Shown here: positions 44,419 to 57,100 of the stretch, piece by piece
Position numbering within the stretch: position 1 is the stretch's first letter
Layout: every line of letters starts with the position of its first letter
Program-made: the position numbers and the translations under genes
Notes under the pieces: model-generated
Told to the model about the DNA's origin: nothing
Database searches by the model: none
Seen by the model: the letters and a program-made list of their open reading frames with translations, nothing else
Source of the DNA: Eledone cirrhosa
Taxonomy: Eukaryota
Direction of reading: 5' to 3'
Length of the DNA stretch: 64,000 nucleotides
Assembly: GCA_964016885.1 (NCBI GenBank)
Contig: OZ024757.1
Span: forward strand, 20,770,001 to 20,834,000

Positions 44419-44653
44419 TCTCTTTCTTTTCTACATACATTTCTCTCTCGCTCCGATATTTCTCCAGGTTTTCTTTTTCTCTCTCTCCTTCTTTCTCTCT
44501 CCTTCTCTCTCTCCATCTTTTCTTTCTTTCTCTCCGTCTTTTTCTAATTGTGCTTAACACTATAACTAATAAAATAATAAACATTTCACTATCCAGACAG
44601 CTTCCAAAAATAATGGTTGCGTCAAAATTATTTATAAAACTGTTTATATATTG

Positions 44654-44718
44654 TATTTTGTCTGATGAAGGCATACCATATTTTAATTTGGTATCCCTGA
44701 AATATGTATAATGAAATA
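44654..44718 (+). ncRNA. Hammerhead motif, family A (element ~44585-44990)
   Basis: tattttgt CTGATGA aggcatacca..tggtatccct GAAA tatgta TA atgaaata. Confidence 0.85.
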
Positions 44719-44994
44719 AATATGGTTTTATAAATATAGTTTCCATTTATTAATATCGTATATCTACTCCAAAAACTTGTTGAGTGCTTTATATCAGTTA
44801 TAAAATATTTACTTGTTGTATCCCAACAATTTTAAATAGAACTTTTGCATATATTCTTATCTGTATTTTTAACTGTTGGACAATCAGTGATAAACACTGA
44901 TTGTCAGGTAAATTAACTATGGAGGTACAAAAGATACAGAAGCGGAAACCAACCCAAACCAAACAATGAATGTGTTCTGTTATTATTTCTGGCA

Positions 44995-45226
44995 ATGGTG
45001 GAGTGGCAGTATCGGTAGAGGGTCAGACGCCATGCTTTGACGCATATAGTTACGGCCCTTGCCATTCGGAGTTCAAATCCCGCCGAGATTAACTTTGCCT
45101 TTCATCCTTACGGGGTCGATAAAATAAAGTACCAGTAATGCACTGGGTAGTTGCTGGCCTTGTGCCAAAAGTAGAAACAATTATTTCTAGCAATATTATA
45201 ACAATATGACCCTCCCCAAGTATAAC
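44995..45226 (+). mobile_element. Family-2 SINE
   Basis: Homologous to 49603-49790. Confidence 0.85.
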
Positions 45227-45304
45227 TATATATGTATGAAAAGCAGACGTAAAATGATGATGATGATGATGATATATATATGAGTACCTTTTTAATTGTG
45301 GTTA

Positions 45305-45337
<33 letters not shown>

Positions 45338-46189
45338 AACGACACCACTCAGGGACTTGTATGTGAATGTATATATGATTGTATGTGAATGAGAGATTCT
45401 TGTTATTGTGTGAATGTGTGTGTGTGAATGTGTGTGTGTGGATGTGTGTATGTGAATGTGTGTATGTGAATGTGTGTGAATGTGTGTATGTGAATGTGTG
45501 TGTATGTGAATGTGTGTGTGAATGTGTGTGTGTGTATATGTGTGTGTGAGAGTGTGAATGTGTGTATGTGAATGTGTATGTGTGTATGTGAATGTGTATA
45601 TGTGTATGTGAGTGTGTGAATGTGTATATGTGAATGTATATATGCGTATGTGAGTGTGAATGTGTGTGTGTATGAATCTGTGTGTGTACGTGTGTGTATG
45701 AATGTGTGTGTGTATGAATGTGTGTGTGTATGAATCTGTGTGTATGTATGTGTGTACGTGTGTGTATGAATGTGCGTGTGTATGAATCTGTGTGTGTATG
45801 TGTGCGTGTATGAATCTGTGTGTGTATGAATGTGTGTATGTATGTGTGTGTGTATGAATCCGTGTGTGTATGTGTATGAATGTGTGTGTGTGTATGAATC
45901 CGTGTGTGTATGTGTGTGTATGAATGTATGTGTGTATGTGTGTGTGTATGAATGTGTGTATGTGTGTGTGTATGTGTGTGTGTGTGTGTATGAATGTGTG
46001 TGTGTATGTGTGTATGAATCTGTGTGTGTATGTGTGTGTGTATGTGTATGAATCTGTGTGTGTATGTGTGTGTGTCTATCAAAGATCAAAGACTAATGAA
46101 ACAGAACCAAACAGTTGTCACAATATTGTTGTCAACTGAATGGTTTCATTTTGCTAACTAAAGCAATTGAAATGTTCAGGTAGTAGTAA

Positions 46190-46800
46190 CATCACCACCA
46201 CTACTACCACCAATACCACCATGACCAACACAAACACCACCACCAATACCACCATGACCAACACAAACACCACCACCAATACCACCATGACCAACACAAA
46301 CACCACCACCAATACTACCATGACCAACACAAACACCACCACTGTACTGCTGCCGCTGCCACCACCACCACCACCACCACCACAACCACCACTGCCGCCA
46401 CCACTGCCACCACCACCACGACCATTACCACCACCACTATAACCACCACCACCACTACTGCCACCACCACCACAACTGCTACCACCACCACCACCACCAC
46501 CACAATCACCAGTTACACCTCACCAATCTATCACCACCACCACAACCACTACCACTACTGCCACCACCACCACCACCACCACCACCACCATTACTGCCAC
46601 CACCACCACCACAACCACTACTGCTACCACCACCACAACCACTACTGCTACCACCACCACCACCACCACCACAATCACCAGTTACACCTCACCAATCTAT
46701 CACCACCACCACAACCACTACCACTACTGCCACCACCACCACAACCACTACTGCCACCACCACCACCAACAGTTACACCTCACCAATCTATCACCACAAG
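46190..46800. repeat. (ACC)n-rich low complexity with a 33-bp unit repeated 4 times
   Basis: accaccaccaataccaccatgaccaacacaaac repeats at 46200-46340. Confidence 0.85.
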
Positions 46801-47694
46801 CAGCATGAACAAGAATATTTGTAAAATTTAATTTTCTGGTCAACTGAATCACACACTCCTATCTCATTTCTATTAATTTATCTTAATTAGCTAATTAAGT
46901 AATGAGTGACTGCTATGTCTTTTTACTTTTATTAGTTTTGTTTCTATTACATTCTCTGGCTTAGACAAGGAAGAATGACATGGCCATATTTAGAAGACTT
47001 TGAATATACTCTGAGGAATATGTGACCAAAAAATTATATTCAGGTTCAATATTTTGACAATTTTCACCAACTTCAAATTCTACATAAATAAATTTTGTAT
47101 TTTTGCTCATTTCTCAGAAAAACTACAAACCCTCCATCTCAATTCTACTGTTGAAATGCACAAGAACTGCAAAACCGGTAAAGGAACCAGATAAATATAT
47201 TTAAAAAAAAAAACAGACTCCAGTTGCATTTTCGATTTCATCTTTTTTCCCTATATATATGTATATATATATATATATTTATTAAAATAACAGATTAAAG
47301 TTTAAGCAAAGAATCGCTGCTTTCACCCTTCACCTTCTGAAACTATATATATATATATAAATGAAAGGTATAGAAAATATTGTAGCAAGAAGCCAACAGT
47401 ATTCCATAATATATAAGTGACTATAGCGTCAAAATGGGAAAAATAATTCAAACTCAATTCAAAAAGAATTCAGGATATAGATTCATCCAACAGAATTTAG
47501 TGAAATCCAGGGAAAAATCAATAGAGCCTTAACTCATGATAAAATAAAGTTTAAAATACTCATCCTTCAATTTGGAAAAACTACAAATGCTCTGAATAGT
47601 CTTGAAAAGACTATTTCACGAAAACTTTCAGTGGAGATGGTCACGGTTGGAATTCGATCCTCAGCAGAGCTCAACTCGATAGCCAAATTCTCAC

Positions 47695-47735
<41 letters not shown>

Positions 47736-48057
47736 CTCACTGAATATATATATATATATATATATATATAGATATAGATATATATGTCAGATCAGAGCTG
47801 CTGAGAAAAAATAAAGCCCACTACCATAACAACAACAACTACTACTGCTGCTTGTTATGTTGTTATAAGAAACTGGTATTGGTGGTTTCTGAACAATGGT
47901 ATGGCATCAACATATGGCAAGCATTAGTGGCTATTGCATGATCTGCATACTGCTGCTGGTGCTTCATGTGTGCAGCAGCATCAACACATTGCAACTTCAC
48001 CGTGTTGTCAATGAGTGGCAGCTTTCAAGCTTAATTACATTGTTTCCATTTTTAACT

Positions 48058-48091
<34 letters not shown>

Positions 48092-48150
48092 TGTGTGTAT
48101 ATATATATGTATATACACACACATACATATATATATTCCACATACACACA

Positions 48151-48198
<48 letters not shown>

Positions 48199-48256
48199 CA
48201 TACACACATACATATATATATTCCACGTACACACACATGCATATGTATTATATATA

Positions 48257-48311
<55 letters not shown>

Positions 48312-48314
<3 letters not shown>

Positions 48315-48496
48315 CGAAGGAAATGTGGTAAGGAACCAGGTGGACCATAACGCACCAAAGTACTCAATACTTGGGGTAGTAGAGTGGGTAATAGGAACCA
48401 GTAAGACCCCGACGGCTGAGCTCAAGCCGTTTCGACGGCTAATTCTGAATTAGCCGTCGAAACGGCTTGAGCTCAGCCGTCGGGGTCTTACCGGTT

Positions 48497-48500
<4 letters not shown>
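48312..48500. mobile_element. Palindromic insert, family E (second copy)
   Basis: Near-perfect hairpin 48391-48501 centred at 48446. Confidence 0.75.
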
Positions 48501-48551
<51 letters not shown>

Positions 48552-48606
48552 TATATATTATATATATATAATATATATATATATTATATATATATAATAT
48601 ATATAT

Positions 48607-48933
48607 GTAGGAGGTGAGTTTTATTGTAGTACAATAAAGCAATGCAGATATCGGATAAGAAGCACTCTACAGTTTGTAGGACTGGAGTATACATAATATA
48701 TAAGATATGTTGATTTAAAACTGCACTATCCACAAGTGTTTTTAACCTTCATATCATGTCCTCCTATTATCTGATGAAAACACAAATGTTATTGCATGAT
48801 GATATTTGTTTTTGAAATCATCATCATCATCATCATCATCAACGTTTAACGTCCGTGTTCCACGCTTGCATGGGTTTGGACGCGCATAATAAAATACATG
48901 GAACTCATTTAACCATCTTTTGATCTTATATAT

Positions 48934-48936
<3 letters not shown>
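48607..48936 (+). mobile_element. Family-D hammerhead element interrupted by an RTE tail (48819-48881, minus strand)
   Basis: Homologous to 24597-24940; CTGATGA at 48771; GAAAT|insert|GCGCATA. Confidence 0.8.
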
Positions 48937-48975
<39 letters not shown>

Positions 48976-49487
48976 TTTTACACACACACACATATACAGT
49001 TGTTTAACCCCAGGTATCAGGCCAATAAGACACTTCAGTTTTGGTCCTGCTATTTTTTTTCTCATTCCATTTTCTATTTTACAGAGATATACTATATTGA
49101 TAACTGAATAGCATGAGCTCAGCCAGTGGGCTGTAACTATTTAAAATACCGACATACTACTTTCTCAAGAATTGAGTACTTAGCTGAACATGGTCTTACT
49201 AGACTTAAATGGTAACTCCCAGTCTCTCTATCTATCTATAGTAGATATATATAGATGTATAGATTTTGAGTATATGTTTTAAGCTAACTCCAACAATAAC
49301 AACACTTAGAATGAGGAATGTTCTAACAACTGACCAATGAGAGGAGAAGAGGCCCTTTGACACTGAAATTCGTTTGTTTGAATTCATATGATTCCAGTTC
49401 CTCAGTGAAATAGCAACCCATATCAGAGTATTGACAAAATTATACACCTCAACAACATATGTACTTGTCTCTACCACACTAATTCGG

Positions 49488-49542
49488 ACTGCCTGAGGAG
49501 GTCACAGCCAAAGATGGCTGTCACTGAAATATATATAGCAGT
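49488..49542 (+). ncRNA. Hammerhead motif, family C
   Basis: actgc CTGAGGA ggtcacagccaaagatggctgtcact GAAA tatata TA gcagt; upstream sequence homologous to the reverse complement of 9957-10080. Confidence 0.85.
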
Positions 49543-49602
49543 AATAAACGAAGCTAAATTTTAAACATTTGACTTTTTATTTAACATTATATATATATAT
49601 AA

Positions 49603-49790
49603 TGGCGGTGGATTGGCAGTATCGGTAGAGGGTCGGACGCCATGCTTTCCAGCATAGTTACGTCCCTTTCTGATCCGAGTTCAAATCCCACCGAGGTTGA
49701 CTTTGCCTTTCATCCTTACGGGGTCGATAAAATAAAGTACCAGTAATGAACTAGGTAATTGCTGGCCTTGTGCCTAAAGTAGAAACAATT
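49603..49790 (+). mobile_element. Family-2 SINE (Nin-domain-like)
   Basis: A box, B box and central conserved domain; flanked by (TA)n. Confidence 0.85.
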
Positions 49791-49939
49791 ATATATATAT
49801 ATATATAGATGTATATATATATATGTATATTAGAGAGTTGAGTCCAATGGTTAAATACTTGCCATTCCAACAGCAAACTCCAAACTATATATATATACGA
49901 TATATTAACAAATGGGAACTATATTTATAAAACCATATT

Positions 49940-50004
49940 TATTTCATTATACATATTTCAAGGACACCAAGTTAAATTATGGTGTGCTTTCATCAGATAA
50001 AATA
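49940..50004 (-). ncRNA. Hammerhead motif, family A (left arm of palindrome 49896-50254)
   Basis: Reverse complement of 50146-50210. Confidence 0.85.
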
Positions 50005-50145
50005 TAATATAGATCAGTTTTATAAATAAATATTGCCATACCCTTAAAGAATGCGACCTTTGACTATCCGAGAGCTTCCAACAGAAATGGTCGCATTCTT
50101 TAAGGGTATGTCAATATTTATTTATAAAACTATATATCTATATTA

Positions 50146-50210
50146 TATTTTATCTGATGAAAGCACACCATAATTTAACTTGGTGTCCTTGAAATATGTA
50201 TAATGAAATA
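50146..50210 (+). ncRNA. Hammerhead motif, family A (right arm)
   Basis: tattttat CTGATGA aagcacacca..tggtgtcctt GAAA tatgta TA atgaaata. Confidence 0.85.
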
Positions 50211-50569
50211 AATATGGTTCTATAAATATAGTTTCCATTTGTTAATATATCGTATTTTTACTCCAATAATTTGTTGAGTGCTTTATATCAGTTATAAAAA
50301 TATTTGCTTGTTGTATCCCAACAATTTAAATAGAACTTCTACATATATATATATGTATTATTTTATTTTTCATTCATATATATTTTTATTTGTTTGACCC
50401 GAATTTTCTTGGTCGTATTTTCGTCTCAGTGTGTTGGTATTAAACGTTAGTTATAGCTCTGGTTTATCCGAACCATTGAGCACTTTGCCGCACATTTCGA
50501 AGATTGTTTTTTCGTTATTTCGTGGGCCGAAGTTCCGATTCTCGATAATTTATTTGTATATATATTTTT

Positions 50570-51117
<548 letters not shown>

Positions 51118-51559
51118 CTCTGATTTATCCAAATTATTGAGCCCTCTGCCACACATGTCGGATATTGTTTATCGTGATTTCGTGAGCTGATTTTCCGATT
51201 CTCGATTATTCTACTATATATATATATATATATATATTAGAAAGTGAGGTTTTTTTACAAAATGAAAAAAAAATGAGGTGTCCTACACGAGTGAAAGTAT
51301 AAGGAAAAAAGATGAAGTCGAAAATGCAGCTGGAGTCTTTTTTTAAAAAAATATATTTATTTGGTTACTTTACCAGTTTCGCAGTATTTGGTTCCTTTAC
51401 CATTTTCTATTCTACAGAGAGATATACTATATACAATATATGACCCAATCTATTCTAAAGAGATGACAGAAGTTTTGATATCGGGAAGGTATGCAGGGTC
51501 ATCTATATTGGTTTTCTGTTATAAGCTAGTCAGATATATTGAGAAAGTAATCAGGATAT

Positions 51560-53470
51560 ACAACACTTATGTGTGTGTGTCTATACATGTATGAGTGTGT
51601 ATATGTGTCTATATGACACGTGTGTGTGTGTGTGTATGTGTCTATACAACATGTATGTGTGTGTGTCTATACATGTAATAGTGTGTATATGTGACTATAC
51701 GACATGCATGTGTGTATGTGTCTATACAACATGTATGTGTGTGTGTCTATACATGTAATAGTGTGTATATGTGACTATACGACATGTATGTGTGTATGTG
51801 TCTATACAACACGTATGTGTGTGTGTCTATACATGTAATAGTGTGTATATGTGACTATACGACATGTATGTGTGTATGTGTCTATACAACATGTATGTGT
51901 GTGTGTCTATACATGTAATAGTGTGTATATGTGACTATACGACATGTATGTGTGTATGTGTCTATAGAACACGTATGTGTGTGTGTCTATACATGTAATA
52001 GTGTGTATATGTGTCTATACGACACGTGTGTGTGTATGTGTCTATACAACACGTATGTGTGTGTGTATGTCTCTATACAACACGTATGTGTGTGTGTCTA
52101 TGTGTCTATACGACATGTATGTGTGTGTGTCTATGTGTCTATACGACACGTATGTGTGTGTATGTGTCTATATGTGTCTATACAACACGTATGTGTGTGT
52201 GTGTGTCTATACAACATGTATGTGTGTATGTGTCTATACAACATGTATGTGTGTGTATATGTGTCTATACAACACGTGTGTGTGTGTGTGTGTCTATCCG
52301 ACACGTATGTGTGTGTGTATGTGTCTATACAACATGTATGTGTGTGTATTGGTCTATACAACACGTATGTGTGTGTGTATGTATCTATACAACACGTATG
52401 TGTGTGTATGTGTCTATACAACATGTATGTGTGTGTATATGTGTCTATACAACACGTGTGTGTGTGTGTGTGTGTGTGTCTATCCAACACGTATGTGTGT
52501 GTGTATGTGTCTATACAACATGTATGTGTGTGTATGTGTCTATACAACACATATGTGTGTATGTATCTATACAACACGTATGTGTGTGTGTATGTGTCTA
52601 TACAACACGTATGTGTGTGTGTATGTGTCTATACAACACGTATGTGTGTGTGCGTGTGTGTGTCTATCCAACACGTATGTGTGTGTATGTGTGTCTATAC
52701 GACATGCATATGGGTGCAAATATGTGTGTATGTGTGTTTGTCTCTATACTTATGTATGTGTGTCTATACGACATGTATGTTGTATATGTGTGTGTGTGTG
52801 TATGTGTGTGTTTCTCTCTACACTTATGTATGTGTGTCTATACGACATGTATGTTGTATATGTGTGTGTGTGTGTGTGTGTGTATGTGTGTTTCTCTCTA
52901 TACTTATGTATGTGTGTCTATACATGTATGTTGTATATGTGTGTGTGTGTGTGTGTGTATGTGTGTTTGTCTACACTTATGTATGTGTGTCTATACATGT
53001 ATGTTGTATATGTGTGTGTGTGTGTGTGTATGTGTGTTTCTCTCTACACTTATGTATGTGTGTCTATACATGTATGTTGTATATGTGTGTGTGTGTGTGT
53101 GTATGTGTGTTTCTCTCTACACTTATGTATGTGTGTCTATACATGTATATTGTATATGTGTGTGTATGTGTGTTTGTCTCTACACTTATGTATGTGTGTG
53201 TTGTCTCTACACTTATGTATGTGTGTCTATATGGCGTGTGTGTGTGTATGTGTGTTTGTCTACACTTATGTATGTGTGTCTATACGACATGTATGTTGTA
53301 TATGTGTGTGTGTGTGTGTATGTGTGTTTCTCTCTACACTTATGTATGTGTGTCTATACGACATGTATGTGTGTGTTGTCTCTACACTTATGTATGTGTG
53401 TCTATATGACGTGTGTGTGTGTGTGTATGTGTGTTTGTCTATACACGCACGCGCGTGTGCGTGTGTGTGT
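51560..53470. repeat. Compound (TG)-rich minisatellite (gtctatacaacacgtatgtgtg...)
   Basis: Repeated motif; the long ORFs here are artefacts. Confidence 0.9.
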
Positions 53471-53595
53471 TGAAATGTGTTGCTTCCTAGCTGTAAGACA
53501 TTTGAGAAAGCTGGAATCTGCTGCAGATGAGTCATCTGTCCTCCTACCCTCCAAACCAGTACACAGCCCCACCCCACCCAACCCACACCCACCGC

Positions 53596-53962
53596 CACTG
53601 GCTTGTCACATAAATGGTAAGGTGAGAGGACACACACACACACACACCCACCACCCCAACACCACTGGCTTGTCACATAAATGGTAAGGTGAGAGGACAC
53701 ACACACACACACACCCACCACCCCAACACCACTGGCTTGTCACATAAATGGTAAGGTGAGAGGACACACACACACACACACCCACCACCCCAACACCACT
53801 GGCTTGTCACATAAATGGTAAGGTGAGAGGACACACACACACACACACCCACCACCCCAACACCACTGGCTTGTCACATAAATGGTAAGGTGAGAGGACA
53901 CACACACACACACACCCACCACCCCAACACCACTGGCTTGTCACATAAATGGTAAGGTGAGA
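53596..53962. repeat. 67-bp tandem repeat, ~5.5 copies
   Basis: cactggcttgtcacataaatggtaaggtgagagg-(AC)n-ccaccaccccaacac. Confidence 0.9.
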
Positions 53963-53967
53963 ACAAA

Positions 53968-54002
<35 letters not shown>

Positions 54003-54136
54003 CACCCAAACACACACCTGCAGCCACCTGTCAGGAGTTTGCACACTTACACAAAGACACACACACACACGTGCATATACACACACTTGTACATATACAC
54101 ACAAGCACACATAAATACAATATATATGAAGTTGTA

Positions 54137-54193
<57 letters not shown>

Positions 54194-54196
<3 letters not shown>

Positions 54197-57100
54197 TCAT
54201 CATCATCATCAACGTTTAACGTCCGTGTTCCACGCTTGCATGGGTTTGGACGGGGGTAGTCCCACTTGAGGCAAGAGTGATTGTCTTGCTCGCATAGGAC
54301 TGTCTGGCAGGTTTTCTACAGTTCGATGCCCTTCCTAACACCAACCACATTTACAGTGTGGGTCTGGGAGGTTTTTACCGTGTTGCCTACACGGCCACAT
54401 TACAGCGTGGACTGTGTGTTTTTTTGTCGTGACACCTACACGATCTCATTTGTTTCGGCCTGGATGGCGCGGCACCAACATAACTTTACATAGAACGGGG
54501 TGGTGTGGATGGGGTGGGGGTGGTGGCGGGACGGGGTGTATTTTGTTAGAGATGCCTACTGGCAAGGCGGGTCTTCTCTGTTACTGAGTACCGCCAAGGT
54601 CTCGGTCCAGTGACATTGTCTTGGAGAGGTGTAAGTGTGTGAGGTCGGAGTTTATCAGCTCGTCCCAGGTTTTTCTAGGTCTGCCTATTCCGTGGCTACC
54701 GTCTATCTTTATTGCCCTGCACTTTGTTATACAGCTATCGACTTTCATGCGCATCACGTGTCCATACCAACGTAGCCTTCTCTCGAGTAAACAACATCTG
54801 ATCCCTCTTATCTCTAATTTTTTCCTTAGTTCGTTTATGCTTTGCCGTTCACGTATATTACTGTTACACATCCAGCGGAGCATGCAAGCTTCGTTCCTCT
54901 CTAGTCTGCGTATATCCTCTGCACACAATGCCCAGGTCTCACTGCCATGCAACATTGCTGTTCGTATGCAGGCATCGTACAACCTGCCTTTCATTTTTAG
55001 GGAGAACCCTTTAGCAGCTAATAGTGGTATAAGCTCTCTGAACTTTTTCCAACCAGTTCTGACTCTAGCTACAGTACTTTCAGAGCACCCTCCCCCACTG
55101 CTGATTTTATCGCCCAGGTAACGGAAGCTGTCCACTATTTCTATAGAACCCTCTGCGCAATTGAAAGAGCTAGTATTTTGTGGGCACTTGCTGCTACTTA
55201 TTGCATCAGAACACCGGCCACATGTAAAATCTATGTTCTTAGTTAGCTTACCTGTGATCCCACTACATCTTTTATGCACCCATACTTTGCATTTAGGACA
55301 TAAAATGGAGTTTCTACCTACGCCTTTCCTACACACCGAGCACGACCATTTCCCAGAAGGGACCGCCGCCTTGTTTTCTTTCCTACAAACTAGAACTTTG
55401 GTCTTAGCCAGGTTAATTTTAAGTCCTTTTGACTCTAGGCCGTGCTTCCATGTTTGGAATTTCTTCTCTAGCTCGGCCATTGATTCCGCTATGAGTGTCA
55501 GGTCGTCTGCGTATAGGAGTTCCCATGGGCAGCCTGTCTTGAACTCCTCTGTTATAGCCTGAAGGGCAATAATAAATAGTAGGGGGCTGAGAACAGAGCC
55601 CTGATGGACGCCAACTTTTACGCTAAACTCTTCACTATATTCGTTGTTAATTCTAACCTTGCTGACTGTTTCTTTATACATGGCTTGTATAGCCCTCACA
55701 AGCCATTCGTCAACGCCTAGTTTTCTAAGAGCCCACCAGATAATGGAGCGGGGGACTCTGTCGAAGGCTTTCTCCAAGTCGACAAAAGCTAAGTAGAGGG
55801 GTTTACCTTTAGCTAGGAACTTCTCCTGTAGTTGTCGTACTATGAAAAGAGCGTCTGTGGTACTTTTGCCTGACACAAACCCGAACTGCATTTCATCTAG
55901 GTCAATTCTCTCTCTGATTAGTTGCGCTATTACTTTTTCCGTGACCTTCATGACCTGGTCGATTAATTTAATGCCTCTATAGTTACTCCTATCTAGGGCG
56001 TCTCCTTTACCCTTATAACAGTTAACGATGATGCTGCTATGCCAGTCCTTCGGAACAACCCCATTCTGTACGACATGGTTAACTATGCGAGTGACCATGG
56101 TGTGTCCCACCGTGCCAGATGCCTTCAGCATCTCAGCAACTATTTCCGAAGGCCCAGCCGCCTTACCTGTCTTCATATCCTTGATTGCCTTACTTATTAT
56201 ACACCCCTCGACTAACACTGCTGGTCCCTCTATTGGGTCGATATGGGGGAGACTGTCTTTCTCCCATTTATTCTCCTCATTTAGTAGCCTTTCATAGTGA
56301 CACTTCCAAGCTACCTTCTTATCAGTGTCGGTGATGGCAAGTATGCCATCATCGTTAAGTACACACTTCTCCCCGACAATATCACGGTTTTCCTTGACGC
56401 ATTGCCTAGCAATCCTGAACACCTCACGTTTTTGGTCATCGCGTTGTAGAACATGCTTGAACTTTCTTTCCTCAGCTTCCCTTCTTGCTAAGTACACTTC
56501 TCTCCTAGCTTCCCTCCTGGCCACTTGATAGTCTACTCTACTTCCCCCATCCCGCCATACTTTCCAAGCCTGCTTTTTGGCCTTAATTGACCCCTCCACC
56601 TTACTGTTCCACCACCATGTTACTCTCCTCCTGCCTACAGGCCTGCTCCAGCCACAGACTTCGTCTGTCGCCAACAGCAGGTTTGCTTTCAGAAATTCCC
56701 ACTGTCCCTCTATATTGTCCGACTCTAAATGTTCTTCCTTACTGTCGAAAGCATCAAGTAATATGTTTTGAAATTTATTTTTGGCTGTGGGGTCCTTTAG
56801 CTTCCATATTTTTCTCCTGAGGATAGTCCTCTTCTGCTGTCGAGTACGTCTCGTCCTGACTATGAGGTCGCTAATTATCAGTCTATGTTGGGAGGTGCAT
56901 TCTTCATGGGGGAGGGATTTACTGTTTACAACAGACACTCTGTCACGTCTTCTGGTAAGGATATAATCTACCTGGCTTGTGTGTTCCCCGGATCTATAGG
57001 TGATCAGGTGATTGTCACGTTTTTTGAAGTTAGTGTTACAGATAGTTAGGTTATTTGCATCACAGAATTCCAGGATTCTGGAGCCTTCCTCATTTCTAGT

